From Anaerolineae bacterium (GTDB lineage: Bacteria; Chloroflexota; Anaerolineae; Anaerolineales; Villigracilaceae): a stretch of DNA of 54,482 bases. This document shows, in pieces, positions 29,320 through 38,357 of the stretch. The stretch covers positions 1 to 54,482 of the forward strand of contig JBGQIO010000001.1 in assembly GCA_041498515.1 (NCBI GenBank), given 5' to 3'. A program made the position numbers and the translations under genes. The notes under the pieces are model-generated. The model ran no database searches. It saw only the letters and a list, made by a program, of their open reading frames with translations, and was not told where the DNA came from. Numbering within the stretch: the stretch's first letter is position 1; every line of letters starts with the position of its first letter.

Positions 29320-29734
29320 TCTTCACCTCATCTTCGGTCGGAGAAGAAGGAGGGGGTGAAGCAGGTGGCGAAGGAAGGATCGTATTCTCGGGTTCAGAGG
29401 TTGAGTCTAAATTGGGCATGTTAGGTTGGGCCGGCTGGGAGGTCCCGGGAGAAGCGTCTTCTGAAGGGCGGCTGTTTACGCTTAGCGGCTGCTTTAGGTC
29501 TTTTTGCAATTCCTTCAATTCATCCAGCGCGGCTTCGCGCATCAAACGGTTGGGTAGCGTTTGGATCTCACGCGAAGTCTGTTGGAATAGTTTCCAACCG
29601 TCAGAAGTGATGACCTTCCTCATCCATTTACCGATAGTCCTCCCCGCTTTTTGCATGTCTTTCGGCCCCAGAACGATCAGGGCGATAATAATGATAAAGA
29701 GGAGTTCAGAAGGACCAATACCCAGGAATTCCAT
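29312..29734 (-). CDS. tatA: Twin-arginine translocase TatA/TatB family protein
   Basis: MEFLGIGPSELLFIIIIALIVLGPKDMQKAGRTIGK has the TM, hinge Gly and amphipathic helix, followed by a Pro/Ser-rich tail. Confidence 0.8.
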   Translation of the reverse strand: MEFLGIGPSELLFIIIIALIVLGPKDMQKAGRTIGKWMRKVITSDGWKLFQQTSREIQTLPNRLMREAALDELKELQKDLKQPLSVNSRPSEDASPGTSQPAQPNMPNLDSTSEPENTILPSPPASPPPSSPTEDEVKNA

Positions 29735-29737
29735 ACA

Positions 29738-30214
29738 CTAACCTTTAGGATCGGGAGACTCGGATTTTATTGACACAGCGAGAATCGCATTCTTGAGCAA
29801 CTGTTCAATCTCGTGTTGATGTTCAGCCAGGCTGCCCAGGACGCCGTTGACGAAACGCGGCGCGCTATCGGAACCATACATCTTTGCCAACTCGACCGCT
29901 TCATTGATCGCAACTTTAACCGGCGTCTCGCCCTGCACCGCCAGTTCCCAACAGGCCACGCGTAATATATTGCGGTCAATGGCTGCGATTTGATGGAGCG
30001 GCCATTCGGGTGCATACTTGGCAATGATTTGATCGAGTTCGTGGGTGAGAGGTAAAACGCCAAACGTGATCTGGCGAGCAAACTCCGCCAGGTCATCCGA
30101 AAGCGGGGAATCCTGCAGCCGATGTTGGAGCACGTCGGCTGGAGGATGGTTAGTTATATCAATTTCGTAAAGTGCCTGCAGGGCCAGGCTGCGCGCCCTG
30201 GTGCGGGGCTTCAT
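29738..30214 (-). CDS. nusB: Transcription antitermination factor NusB
   Basis: RSLALQALYEIDI...DRNILRVACWEL...INEAVELAKMYG...FVNGVLG. Confidence 0.9.
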   Translation of the reverse strand: MKPRTRARSLALQALYEIDITNHPPADVLQHRLQDSPLSDDLAEFARQITFGVLPLTHELDQIIAKYAPEWPLHQIAAIDRNILRVACWELAVQGETPVKVAINEAVELAKMYGSDSAPRFVNGVLGSLAEHQHEIEQLLKNAILAVSIKSESPDPKG

Positions 30215-30220
30215 GGAATC

Positions 30221-30574
30221 TCAGGCCTCGGTTCCCTCGTAGGCAATATTTTCAATGTGAATATCAACCTTTGCAACATCCATGGCAACCATTTCCTGAA
30301 TGGCGCGGGTTACTTGTAGCTGCACGTTTCGACCAACTTCGCGTATGTTAATATCGTCCTTGACGATCAAATAAATGTCAACCAGGACTGTGTTCTCATG
30401 GACGGTGATCCGAATACCGTCATCTATACCTCGGCGAAAGATGCGATCCACACCACCTGGAACCGGGGCCATGCTGCTTACGCCTGGCACGCTCAAAACG
30501 GCCATGCGCGCAATGCTGGTGAGTACTTCCGGCGAGACCGTGGTTTTGCCCGGAGGGCGATTATGATCTGACAT
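30221..30574 (-). CDS. Asp23/Gls24 family envelope stress protein
   Basis: KTTVSPEVLTSIARMAVLSVPGV...; also the classic position upstream of nusB. Confidence 0.85.
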   Translation of the reverse strand: MSDHNRPPGKTTVSPEVLTSIARMAVLSVPGVSSMAPVPGGVDRIFRRGIDDGIRITVHENTVLVDIYLIVKDDINIREVGRNVQLQVTRAIQEMVAMDVAKVDIHIENIAYEGTEA

Positions 30575-30613
30575 CCTATCTCCTTGGTTTCAAACGTTTA
30601 CAAGGATTAATAA

Positions 30614-31372
30614 CTACATCATCGCCATGCCGCCATCCACACCGAGGACCTGCCCGGTGATGAAACCGGCCTGGTCAGAGGCGAGGAAGGCGGCTGCGTA
30701 AGCGATCTCTTCTGGCTTGCCTTTGCGTCCCATCGGCACCATTTTTAGGGCGGCCTCCAGCGTTTCGGGGGACATTGCATCCAGAATTTTAGTATCTACA
30801 AAACCGGGGGCAATTGCGTTCACCGTGATATTCCGGGAGGCTACCTCACGCGCCAGCGATTTGGTGAATCCGATCTGCCCGGCTTTTGAGGAGGAATAAT
30901 TAGTCTGTCCGGGGTTGCCCATTTGTCCGGCTACCGAAGCGATGTTGAGGATGCGTCCGTAGCGCTTACGCATCATATGTTTGACGGCTGCTTTCGAACA
31001 ATTGAACGTGCTCTTGAGATTGGTCGTTATCACCGAGTCCCAATCTTCTTCCGACATCATCATGATCAACGTATCACGCGTGATACCGGCGTTATTGACG
31101 AGAATGTGCAGGTCACCGAACGTTTCCACTGCAAATTTGACGAGATTTTGAGCCTGCGAATAGTTGGAGACATCCGCCTGGAAAATAGCGGCTTTTCCAC
31201 CGGTCGTTTGAATATCCTTTGACAATTCTTCGGCGGCCTCGGCGGATTTGTTATAGTTCACGACCACAGCCGCCCCGCGTCGGGCAAACTCGAATGCAAT
31301 GGCTCGTCCAATGCCGCGCCCTGCTCCGGTAACGAGCGCAATACGATTATCAAGTGTGAGGGTATCGGGCAT
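30614..31372 (-). CDS. fabG: 3-oxoacyl-ACP reductase FabG (SDR)
   Basis: TGAGRGIGRA, NNAG, and the catalytic YSSSK. Confidence 0.85.
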   Translation of the reverse strand: MPDTLTLDNRIALVTGAGRGIGRAIAFEFARRGAAVVVNYNKSAEAAEELSKDIQTTGGKAAIFQADVSNYSQAQNLVKFAVETFGDLHILVNNAGITRDTLIMMMSEEDWDSVITTNLKSTFNCSKAAVKHMMRKRYGRILNIASVAGQMGNPGQTNYSSSKAGQIGFTKSLAREVASRNITVNAIAPGFVDTKILDAMSPETLEAALKMVPMGRKGKPEEIAYAAAFLASDQAGFITGQVLGVDGGMAMM

Positions 31373-31605
31373 CGTTTGTCCTATTAAAAGTATTATACAT
31401 CATGCAATTGACACTTCGGTCTTTGTTTTTGACGAATTCAGACCATCTTCTCGATGCTTCGAGAAGGAAAGACATGGATAAAATCATCATTAGATCTGTT
31501 GGACATTTATCGAATCAATGTAGGCGGCAAAGGTTGACCCTGTCTGGTCGTATTTATAAGCATTGATTACTATGAATTAAGATAGAAGTCAGTGGGATGG
31601 GATCG

Positions 31606-32298
31606 TCAAGCAGCCTTCTTAAATGTTACCCTCAATCCGAATGCCAATCCAAGCGCGCCCAGCGCGGCGATCAGGCCAATATACAGCACGGCGTCTTCCC
31701 AGAATTTCAACGGATATAACCGGATTAAGGTATCGGAATAAGCGAAGAGCCAGGTGTCTCCTTTAAAGAATAGACCGTGAAAATCACTGAAGAACTGCCA
31801 GAACAGATCCCCAGATCCGCTCGTACCCAGCGTTGCGATCACTCCCGCCGTTCCAGCCAAACCTAGTGTGAGCCAGCCGCCACGCTTCAAGCCTCGTATA
31901 TAAGCTGGCAGCCACTTGCCGCGCCCTGCCAACAACCCAAGCAGGATCAGGATCGCCAGGTCCAGGTACCAAACAAGCAGGAAATCCTGAGTAACAACTT
32001 TGACATCGTGCATATGGCTGAGCTCGCGATCGTTGAAGAGCGATCTACCGTCGGCGAATTTGAGATCACCTAGATAGGAGATATCCGCGTTATTGAGCAG
32101 ATAGTTTATTCCGTATGGTCCCCAGTGCAAACGATCCTGCAATGTGAAACCATAATCATCGGCTGGAAAGTCCGGCAACCGGTACTCGATATTTGGGAAC
32201 AAGGGCGTGAGCAGGATCCGCACACCAAGTCCAATTAAGGCAAGAGGAATAAAGAGGGCGAGGAGCCACGGGAGAAAGAGATAAAGTTTGTTCATCAT
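31606..32298 (-). CDS. Integral membrane protein, TIGR01906/DUF1461-like
   Basis: 230 aa, 4-5 TM segments, and FNDRELSHMHDVKVV, which resembles the family motif as I recall it. Confidence 0.5.
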   Translation of the reverse strand: MMNKLYLFLPWLLALFIPLALIGLGVRILLTPLFPNIEYRLPDFPADDYGFTLQDRLHWGPYGINYLLNNADISYLGDLKFADGRSLFNDRELSHMHDVKVVTQDFLLVWYLDLAILILLGLLAGRGKWLPAYIRGLKRGGWLTLGLAGTAGVIATLGTSGSGDLFWQFFSDFHGLFFKGDTWLFAYSDTLIRLYPLKFWEDAVLYIGLIAALGALGLAFGLRVTFKKAA

Positions 32299-32415
32299 CG
32301 AATTTTCTATTGCAAAGATGCCATCATCGACCGAAAGGCTCCGCCTTAATCACCACGATTTTATGAGTCTTCGCAAATCCGCAGCCTTGGGCTGTGTTTA
32401 TGATCTTCGGTAAGG

Positions 32416-33969
32416 TCACTGTTTTAATCCTTCCAACTGTCCGCTTAAAGCAAAACGCACGACCATATCGTTGACGATCCATTCGATCGGGGCCAGGTCG
32501 TCGGTAAAGACTTGTGAAGTTTCGTAACCGGGTTTCATATTCGCAAAGGTCGTTTGCATCGCTGTGAGCAATAAAGGATGAATATCGCTGCGATGGGAAA
32601 AAAGCGAAAGGTTCGTGGCGAAATTTGCAGTGGTGGTCGGTTGTTTGGTTGCAAAGATCATGGTGTTCAACGTCCCGGGGATGTCCATGATGTGAATGGT
32701 TGGGAAGAGGGTGGCCATCGTGGTTGCCAGCCCATTGATCAAGCGACGGTCGCCGGGCACACTACCGACGTTGATGGTGATCACACCTTGATCTGACAAA
32801 TGATCGTAGCAGATTTGATAAAACTCCTGCGTGGTCATATGCGGAGGGATGTATGGTGGACGGTAAGCGTCCACGGCGATAATGTCATATTTATATGGGC
32901 TCTGTTCGAGATTCCAGCGTCCATCGCCGATATGGATATTCAGGTTGGGAAGATTTTCGTCGAAGTATTTTTTCCCTACATCTATTATTTTCGGGTCAAG
33001 TTCATAGCCGTCAATCGGTATTGGGCCATAAATGGCTGTCGCCTGCCGCGCAGTTGTACCGGCTGCCAACCCGATAATGGCGATGCGGTGTACGTCTGAG
33101 GGCTGTGTGTTTGAATAAAAATAGGGCCCGACGAGGAATAGTTCCCATGGACCCCCGTAGTTCAGAGTATTGGGATTGTACACGGAGTGTATCCCTTCTC
33201 CGTCATTAAGCCTAAGCATCGTATAACCGTGTACCTGCTGCACCTGAATGTAGTTATAAGCCGACTCGGTTTCATATATCTGACCAGTACTGTTCTTTAA
33301 GGATTGTCCGGCTAAAAGCGCGGCGAGGATGATCAGCACCACCGGCATCCACAAATTCTGGAGCATGAGCTTCCGGCTGCCATATCTTCCCAGCCCGACC
33401 AGCGCCACAAAAAGAAGCAAAAGGCTGAAAACTAAGAACGTATTGCGAGTTCCAATGGTAGGGATGGTGACAAGCACCGGCAGGAATGTTCCAATGAATG
33501 AACCCAAGGTTGAGATGCCGTAAATCGTACCGGCGGTCACTCCAGCCGTTTTGGTATCCTCCACGCTGAGGCGGATTGCAAAAGGCGAGATTGTTCCCAG
33601 AAGAGTAACCGGTACACTGAACAAGATCAGCACTGCTGCAAACGAGCCGAGCAGCACAGCCACATCCAACCCTTCGAAAGATCTGGCGGCAAAACGCAAT
33701 ACGGGGTTGGCAAGGTAAGGTACAACACCCAACGAGAATGCGCCCCATGCCAGGACTCGATACATCGAAGCTGGCTCGGGCCAGCGGTCGGCCCAACGAC
33801 CGCCAAGGAAATAACCCAGGGTAAGATAAATGAGAATAAGTCCGATGATACTGGCCCATACGAGGTTGCTTGTCCCAAAAACATTACCGATCAAGCGGGA
33901 CGCCGAAAGCTCCGCGGCCAGCGTGGTCATCCCGGACACAAAGACGGTGAAATAAAGATATTTTTTCAT
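32416..33969 (-). CDS. Membrane-fused spermidine synthase-like protein
   Basis: N-terminal polytopic domain of about 7 TM segments. C-terminal SAM/dcSAM fold IAIIGLAAGTTA...IDGYELDPKIIDVGKKYF...DIIAVDAY. Confidence 0.8.
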   Translation of the reverse strand: MKKYLYFTVFVSGMTTLAAELSASRLIGNVFGTSNLVWASIIGLILIYLTLGYFLGGRWADRWPEPASMYRVLAWGAFSLGVVPYLANPVLRFAARSFEGLDVAVLLGSFAAVLILFSVPVTLLGTISPFAIRLSVEDTKTAGVTAGTIYGISTLGSFIGTFLPVLVTIPTIGTRNTFLVFSLLLLFVALVGLGRYGSRKLMLQNLWMPVVLIILAALLAGQSLKNSTGQIYETESAYNYIQVQQVHGYTMLRLNDGEGIHSVYNPNTLNYGGPWELFLVGPYFYSNTQPSDVHRIAIIGLAAGTTARQATAIYGPIPIDGYELDPKIIDVGKKYFDENLPNLNIHIGDGRWNLEQSPYKYDIIAVDAYRPPYIPPHMTTQEFYQICYDHLSDQGVITINVGSVPGDRRLINGLATTMATLFPTIHIMDIPGTLNTMIFATKQPTTTANFATNLSLFSHRSDIHPLLLTAMQTTFANMKPGYETSQVFTDDLAPIEWIVNDMVVRFALSGQLEGLKQ

Positions 33970-34095
33970 AAACTCCCGGTTTGGCGAGGTTCCGGTTATT
34001 ATACCGTTATGGTATTTGGGATAATGACATTGACGTGTAACCCTGCTTAACTTTACAATTTGAAGTGTGTATTATGCTATCCTCCATTATGAGAT

Positions 34096-35145
34096 ATGAG
34101 AGCTGCCATGCGGACCATTTTCTGGGAACATAATGAACTCAAGATGATCGACCAGCGACGCTTGCCGGATGCGCTGGAGATCGTCGCTTATCAAAGGCAT
34201 AAGGAAGTTGCGCAGGCAATTAAGGATATGGTCATTCGCGGCGCGCCAGCGATCGGGGCGGCTGGCGCGTTTGGACTTGCTCTTGCAGCGCGCGAATCCG
34301 CCTCTGCCACAACTGGTGAACTGATTGCGGATCTGCATGCCGCCGCCGATATTCTTAAAGCTGCACGTCCGACCGCGGTCAACCTGGCTTGGGCGGTCAA
34401 TCGATTAGTGGGGAGGATCGAAGAAAAGAAATTGGATCTGGATGCGCTTCGTCAGGCTGTTTTGGAAGAGGCGCAAAAGATCGCTGACGAAGATGTGGAA
34501 ATCAACAAGCGAATGGCACAGCATGGAGCGGCCCTTATCGATGATGGCGATACCGTTATTCATCATTGCAATACCGGCGCGTTGGCCACCGTGGATTGGG
34601 GTACCGCCCTCGGCGTGATCCGGATGGCACATGAACAGGGCAAGCACGTGCACGTTCTGGTGGACGAGACTCGTCCGCGTTTGCAGGGTGCTCGGCTGAC
34701 AGCCTGGGAATTGGCACAATATGGCATATCATATGAGATCATCAGTGATAACATGGCAGGTTACTTTCTCAGTGCTGGTAAAGCTCAAAAGGTCTTTTTC
34801 GGCGCGGATCGTGTGGCTGCCAATGGCGACGTAGCTAACAAGATCGGCACATATATGTTATCGCTTGCAGCGTATGACAACCGGATTCCAGTTTACGCGG
34901 TTGTGCCCACTTCAACGATAGACCTTGCATTGAAGGATGGAAGTTTAATTCCCATTGAAGAACGCGATCCGAACGAGGTGCTGGACATTCAGTTTCACGG
35001 GGAACGGGTTGTACCCCAAGGAGCTAGAGCTCGCAATCCGGCTTTCGATGTGACGCCCAACCGTTTGATCTCAGCCATTGTGACGGAAAATGGAATTGTT
35101 TATCCGCCCTTCGAGTCAAATATCCTGGAATTTATCCTGCCTTGA
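34096..35145 (+). CDS. mtnA: S-methyl-5-thioribose-1-phosphate isomerase
   Basis: eIF-2B/MtnA family blocks: IRGAPAIGAAGA, RPTAVNL, THCNTGALAT, DETRP..QGARLTAWEL, GADRVAANGD. An alternative start at 34108 is possible. Confidence 0.9.
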   Translation: MRAAMRTIFWEHNELKMIDQRRLPDALEIVAYQRHKEVAQAIKDMVIRGAPAIGAAGAFGLALAARESASATTGELIADLHAAADILKAARPTAVNLAWAVNRLVGRIEEKKLDLDALRQAVLEEAQKIADEDVEINKRMAQHGAALIDDGDTVIHHCNTGALATVDWGTALGVIRMAHEQGKHVHVLVDETRPRLQGARLTAWELAQYGISYEIISDNMAGYFLSAGKAQKVFFGADRVAANGDVANKIGTYMLSLAAYDNRIPVYAVVPTSTIDLALKDGSLIPIEERDPNEVLDIQFHGERVVPQGARARNPAFDVTPNRLISAIVTENGIVYPPFESNILEFILP

Positions 35146-35344
35146 CGAAAGGTTGCCGTCCGGCTAAAATTCAAGCCGTTCGACTTGCGCCTCCTGAGCA
35201 AGGAGGTGCATTTCTTCTGTGATTAAATTTATTGAATACCAGTGACGGATTCGTCCGTTATTGCAAACATATTCTAAAGAGCGAAGGTAACCCGCATCAG
35301 TCAATTGTAGTTTGATCGGGGTGAGAGGCGCTCGAGGAGATAAG

Positions 35345-36028
35345 ATGGAGAAAGTTGTACTCAAAGCATCCAAACGTGAAGTGCGTGGTAAGCAGGTGGG
35401 TGCCCTGCGCCGTGCAGGTATACTGCCGGGAGTCATCTATGGACGCCACACCGAGCCGGTTAATATCGCCTTCGATGCCCGTAGCGCGAACTCGATCTTG
35501 AGCAAAGTCGGCTCGTCCAGCCTTGTCACCATTGACGTGGAGGGCAAGGAATATCCGGCTCTCGTGCGTGAACGCCAGCGCAATTACCTTAAGGGTAACC
35601 TGATCCATGTGGATTTCCTGGCCGTATCGCTGACCGAAAGGATCAAGGCTGAAGTACGTATTGAATTGACAGGTCTCTCGCTGGCGGTCAAGGATAGCGA
35701 TGCTGTACTCGTCACAGGTTTGCACACACTTTCGGTGGAATGTCTACCCGCCGATCTACCGGACCATGTTAATGTGGATATTTCGCCTCTCGTGAAAGTG
35801 GGTGACAGCATCCATGTCCGTGACATCTCATTGGGCGAAAAAGTCCGCATTTTGGATAATGAGGACGATATGGTCGTCAATGCGACCTACGCCAAGATAG
35901 AGGTCGAAGCTCCTGTTGCCGCCGTTGAAGGCGTTGTCGTGCCCGAAGCCGAAGCTGCAGAGCCTGAGCTCTCCGTGGAACGCGGTAAGAAGGAAGAGGC
36001 TGAGGAAGAAACCGAGAAGAAGAAATAA
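35345..36028 (+). CDS. rplY: 50S ribosomal protein L25 / general stress protein Ctc
   Basis: LKASKREVRGKQVGALRRAGILPGVIYG... with an acidic C-terminal tail. GAGGAG RBS lies before the ATG at 35345. Confidence 0.9.
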   Translation: MEKVVLKASKREVRGKQVGALRRAGILPGVIYGRHTEPVNIAFDARSANSILSKVGSSSLVTIDVEGKEYPALVRERQRNYLKGNLIHVDFLAVSLTERIKAEVRIELTGLSLAVKDSDAVLVTGLHTLSVECLPADLPDHVNVDISPLVKVGDSIHVRDISLGEKVRILDNEDDMVVNATYAKIEVEAPVAAVEGVVVPEAEAAEPELSVERGKKEEAEEETEKKK

Positions 36029-36044
36029 ACATCTTTGTTCAATC

Positions 36045-36088
36045 AAACTCCCCGTCAGATGGAACCTGAAGGGGAGTTTTTTGTTTTC
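36045..36088 (+). terminator. Intrinsic terminator after rplY
   Basis: AAACTCCCC / GGGGAGTTT stem followed by TTTGTTTTCC. Confidence 0.75.
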
Positions 36089-36226
36089 CATTGGCGACTC
36101 AACCTCATGTAAAACGAAAACGGGTTTGGCATTGCGAACTCATACCGGGTTCGCGTTTAACATTAACCTTATGGAATTTCAAGTAAGTGCCAGACCGGTG
36201 ATCTTAGTGATCTATCCGAGATCAAA

Positions 36227-36823
36227 TTACAAATCCAATACTTTAAGAAAATCAACCGTCATCCTTGCGGTTGCGCCCCAGAGTAATTCGCCGTCATAAG
36301 GATGATATGCGATTAGAAATCGATTTCTACCTGGCATGGTAAACTCCCAGCGGTTCCGAGAGTCTGCCAGCCAGGTGAGCGGTATCGTGAAAACGCGCTC
36401 CACCTCATCCTGACCCACACGTAGGACAGCCGGCCATTGTATAACCCCAACTACCGGAGTAACGCGGAAGCTTGAGATCGTGATCATGTTGGTTAACCTG
36501 CCGAGAACCCGCACCTTACGCGCATCTATACCGAGTTCTTCTTCGACCTCCCGCAAAGCGGTTTCCTCCGGTGTGTTCTCGCCTTCGTCACAGCCGCCAC
36601 CGGGGAAGGAGACTTGCCCTTTATGGCTTTCGACACGCTCTGTGCGGCGTGTAAATAGCAAGTGCCATTCGTCTTCATTCCATATAAGCGGAACGAGCAC
36701 CGCCGCGCATTTTAGACGCGTTTCATTGGTCAGGTCGATCTCAGCATATCCGTCTGTTGAAGGTCCGGCAGCCTCGATTGCTGCGCGTAGTCGGTTTGAG
36801 ATATATTCTTCAGTGAGATTCAT
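36227..36823 (-). CDS. NUDIX hydrolase, CoA pyrophosphatase-like
   Basis: Nudix box GQVSFPGGGCDEGENTPEETALREVEEELGI preceded by an AAVLVPL motif. Confidence 0.8.
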   Translation of the reverse strand: MNLTEEYISNRLRAAIEAAGPSTDGYAEIDLTNETRLKCAAVLVPLIWNEDEWHLLFTRRTERVESHKGQVSFPGGGCDEGENTPEETALREVEEELGIDARKVRVLGRLTNMITISSFRVTPVVGVIQWPAVLRVGQDEVERVFTIPLTWLADSRNRWEFTMPGRNRFLIAYHPYDGELLWGATARMTVDFLKVLDL

Positions 36824-36902
36824 TTAACAAAGAAGGCACACCAGCTATCTAGGCCTAATAATTACCGAACGGCAGATGAAACAAGAATCGCATTCCTGGC
36901 GG

Positions 36903-37448
36903 TTAATTCTCCCCGCGCACCGGGCTTCCACAGAAGGCACACTCGGCGGTAACATCGTCCAGCCATTCAACTTCATCGGGGCGGACCGGCGCTCCACAGC
37001 CGGGACAATGAGTTGGCAGGGGGGGTCTCTTGGATTGCGAAGGTGCTCCCAGGTTGGCATCAAAATTAGGCAACAGGCTCTTAATATAAGCAGTAATTTG
37101 TTGAGCTTCATTGCTCAGTCCGCGCAAATTTAATTCACCCGCGACCCGGTTCCCCAAATTGAAAACCTTCCCGTTCTGGCCGCGTTTTGCGAAAAGGCCC
37201 AGTCCGCGTTGAATGTATTCCACGCCACCGGCAGTCTGTCCAGCCATGACACGGGCACGTCCAGCCTGGATATAGAAGAATGGCGCGCGCGGTCCGCCGC
37301 GGGCTTCAGCGGCGCGGGCTAATTGTTCAAAGGCACTGGTCGCCTCTACGTAATTACCGGTGGCCATCAATTGGTTGGCGCGTTGGAGCAGGGGCGGGAT
37401 ATTACCGGCGAATGGTCGGCGGAAGGGACGACCGAAACCGTTACGCAT
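36903..37448 (-). CDS. Hypothetical protein with a C-terminal zinc ribbon
   Basis: 181 aa with a helical, TPR-like N-terminal part and a C-terminal CPGCGAP...(17)...CAFCGSP. Confidence 0.55.
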   Translation of the reverse strand: MRNGFGRPFRRPFAGNIPPLLQRANQLMATGNYVEATSAFEQLARAAEARGGPRAPFFYIQAGRARVMAGQTAGGVEYIQRGLGLFAKRGQNGKVFNLGNRVAGELNLRGLSNEAQQITAYIKSLLPNFDANLGAPSQSKRPPLPTHCPGCGAPVRPDEVEWLDDVTAECAFCGSPVRGEN

Positions 37449-37504
37449 AAGCTTTACCTCCTTGGAGTTGTATTATTTCGCTAAAATAAGAAACCCTGAA
37501 ATAT

Positions 37505-38353
37505 TTATTCATTAATATAGCTTGCACCCAGCTCTTCCGATAATTCTTTTCCGCGCGGATCTTCGCTTGGCTCGATCCTTCGTCCAAAAACCAAATAACC
37601 TGTATGGGCTACCATACGGTCAGTGGGGCGCAGGCGGGTCGGTTCGGCTTTGTAATAGCGCACCAGGATCTCACAGACTTCGATAAAGGCAAACCGCTCA
37701 CGTCGCAAGGCGACCAGCAATTGCTCCACCTGATTGACCGTGGGCAGCAAACTGCAAACAAACCCGCCTGGTTTCAGCGCAGTACGCACCTGAGGGATGT
37801 AATCAAACGGATTCGGCAGATCGAGGAAAAAGGCATCGCCATCAGTTTCGTCGCAGCCCTCCTGAAGGTCGCGTAGTTTGAAGTCCACGCGCGAAGCCAA
37901 CCCTACTCGTTCAAGATTCTTCTTCGCCAGATTCTGCATATCCGGCCTAACCTCATAGGAAAAGACGCGGCCCTCCGCGCTGACCGCGTAAGCCAGGGCG
38001 ATCGTCATTGAACCCGACCCCGTCCCCGCCTCTATCACTTTTTTCCCAGGTCCTATGCCCATTGTTATCAAGATGAAACCAATGTCTTTAGGATAAAGGA
38101 TTTGGGTAGACCGAGGCAGGTCGGTTAATAGATCTGCCAGCGACGGCTGAAGCAAGAAGAAAGGGGAACCCATGTGACTGAAGACCTGTGTACCCCACGG
38201 TTTGCCGATCAGGTCGTCGTGCAATAATATGCCGCGATGTGTTTCGAATTTTGCGCCGGCTTTAAGAGTAAGAATGAAATGCTTGTGCCGCAAACCGACC
38301 AGTTCGGCGATGTCTCCATCGCCTGCGTTGGATGAAGTTATGGTAAATGACAT
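37505..38353 (-). CDS. trmI: tRNA (adenine58-N1)-methyltransferase TrmI (GCD14 family)
   Basis: TQILYPKD...VIEAGTGSGSMT...DAFFLDLPNP. I chose the start at 38353, 4 nt after the upstream stop. Confidence 0.85.
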   Translation of the reverse strand: MSFTITSSNAGDGDIAELVGLRHKHFILTLKAGAKFETHRGILLHDDLIGKPWGTQVFSHMGSPFFLLQPSLADLLTDLPRSTQILYPKDIGFILITMGIGPGKKVIEAGTGSGSMTIALAYAVSAEGRVFSYEVRPDMQNLAKKNLERVGLASRVDFKLRDLQEGCDETDGDAFFLDLPNPFDYIPQVRTALKPGGFVCSLLPTVNQVEQLLVALRRERFAFIEVCEILVRYYKAEPTRLRPTDRMVAHTGYLVFGRRIEPSEDPRGKELSEELGASYINE

Positions 38354-38357
38354 GAAA

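Noticed and set aside
33272-33859. A 195-aa ORF, and many other ORFs of 60-190 aa, lie inside or antisense to the large annotated genes (for example 2661-3098, 3279-3683, 13780-14220, 20828-21220, 27737-28294, 50579-51136).
   Set aside because: They overlap well-supported genes with clear family motifs. They have Arg/Ser/Pro-rich, low-complexity translations typical of off-frame reading in GC-rich DNA, and they lack RBS or family signatures.
35146-35344. I considered a possible L25/Ctc leader RNA or attenuator upstream of rplY.
   Set aside because: I saw only a CCTCCT-GAGCA-AGGAGG hairpin, which is likely the mtnA terminator, and a small ACGGA-TTCG-TCCGT hairpin. The described L25 leader is, as far as I recall, restricted to Gammaproteobacteria, and I see no resemblance to rRNA binding-site mimicry.
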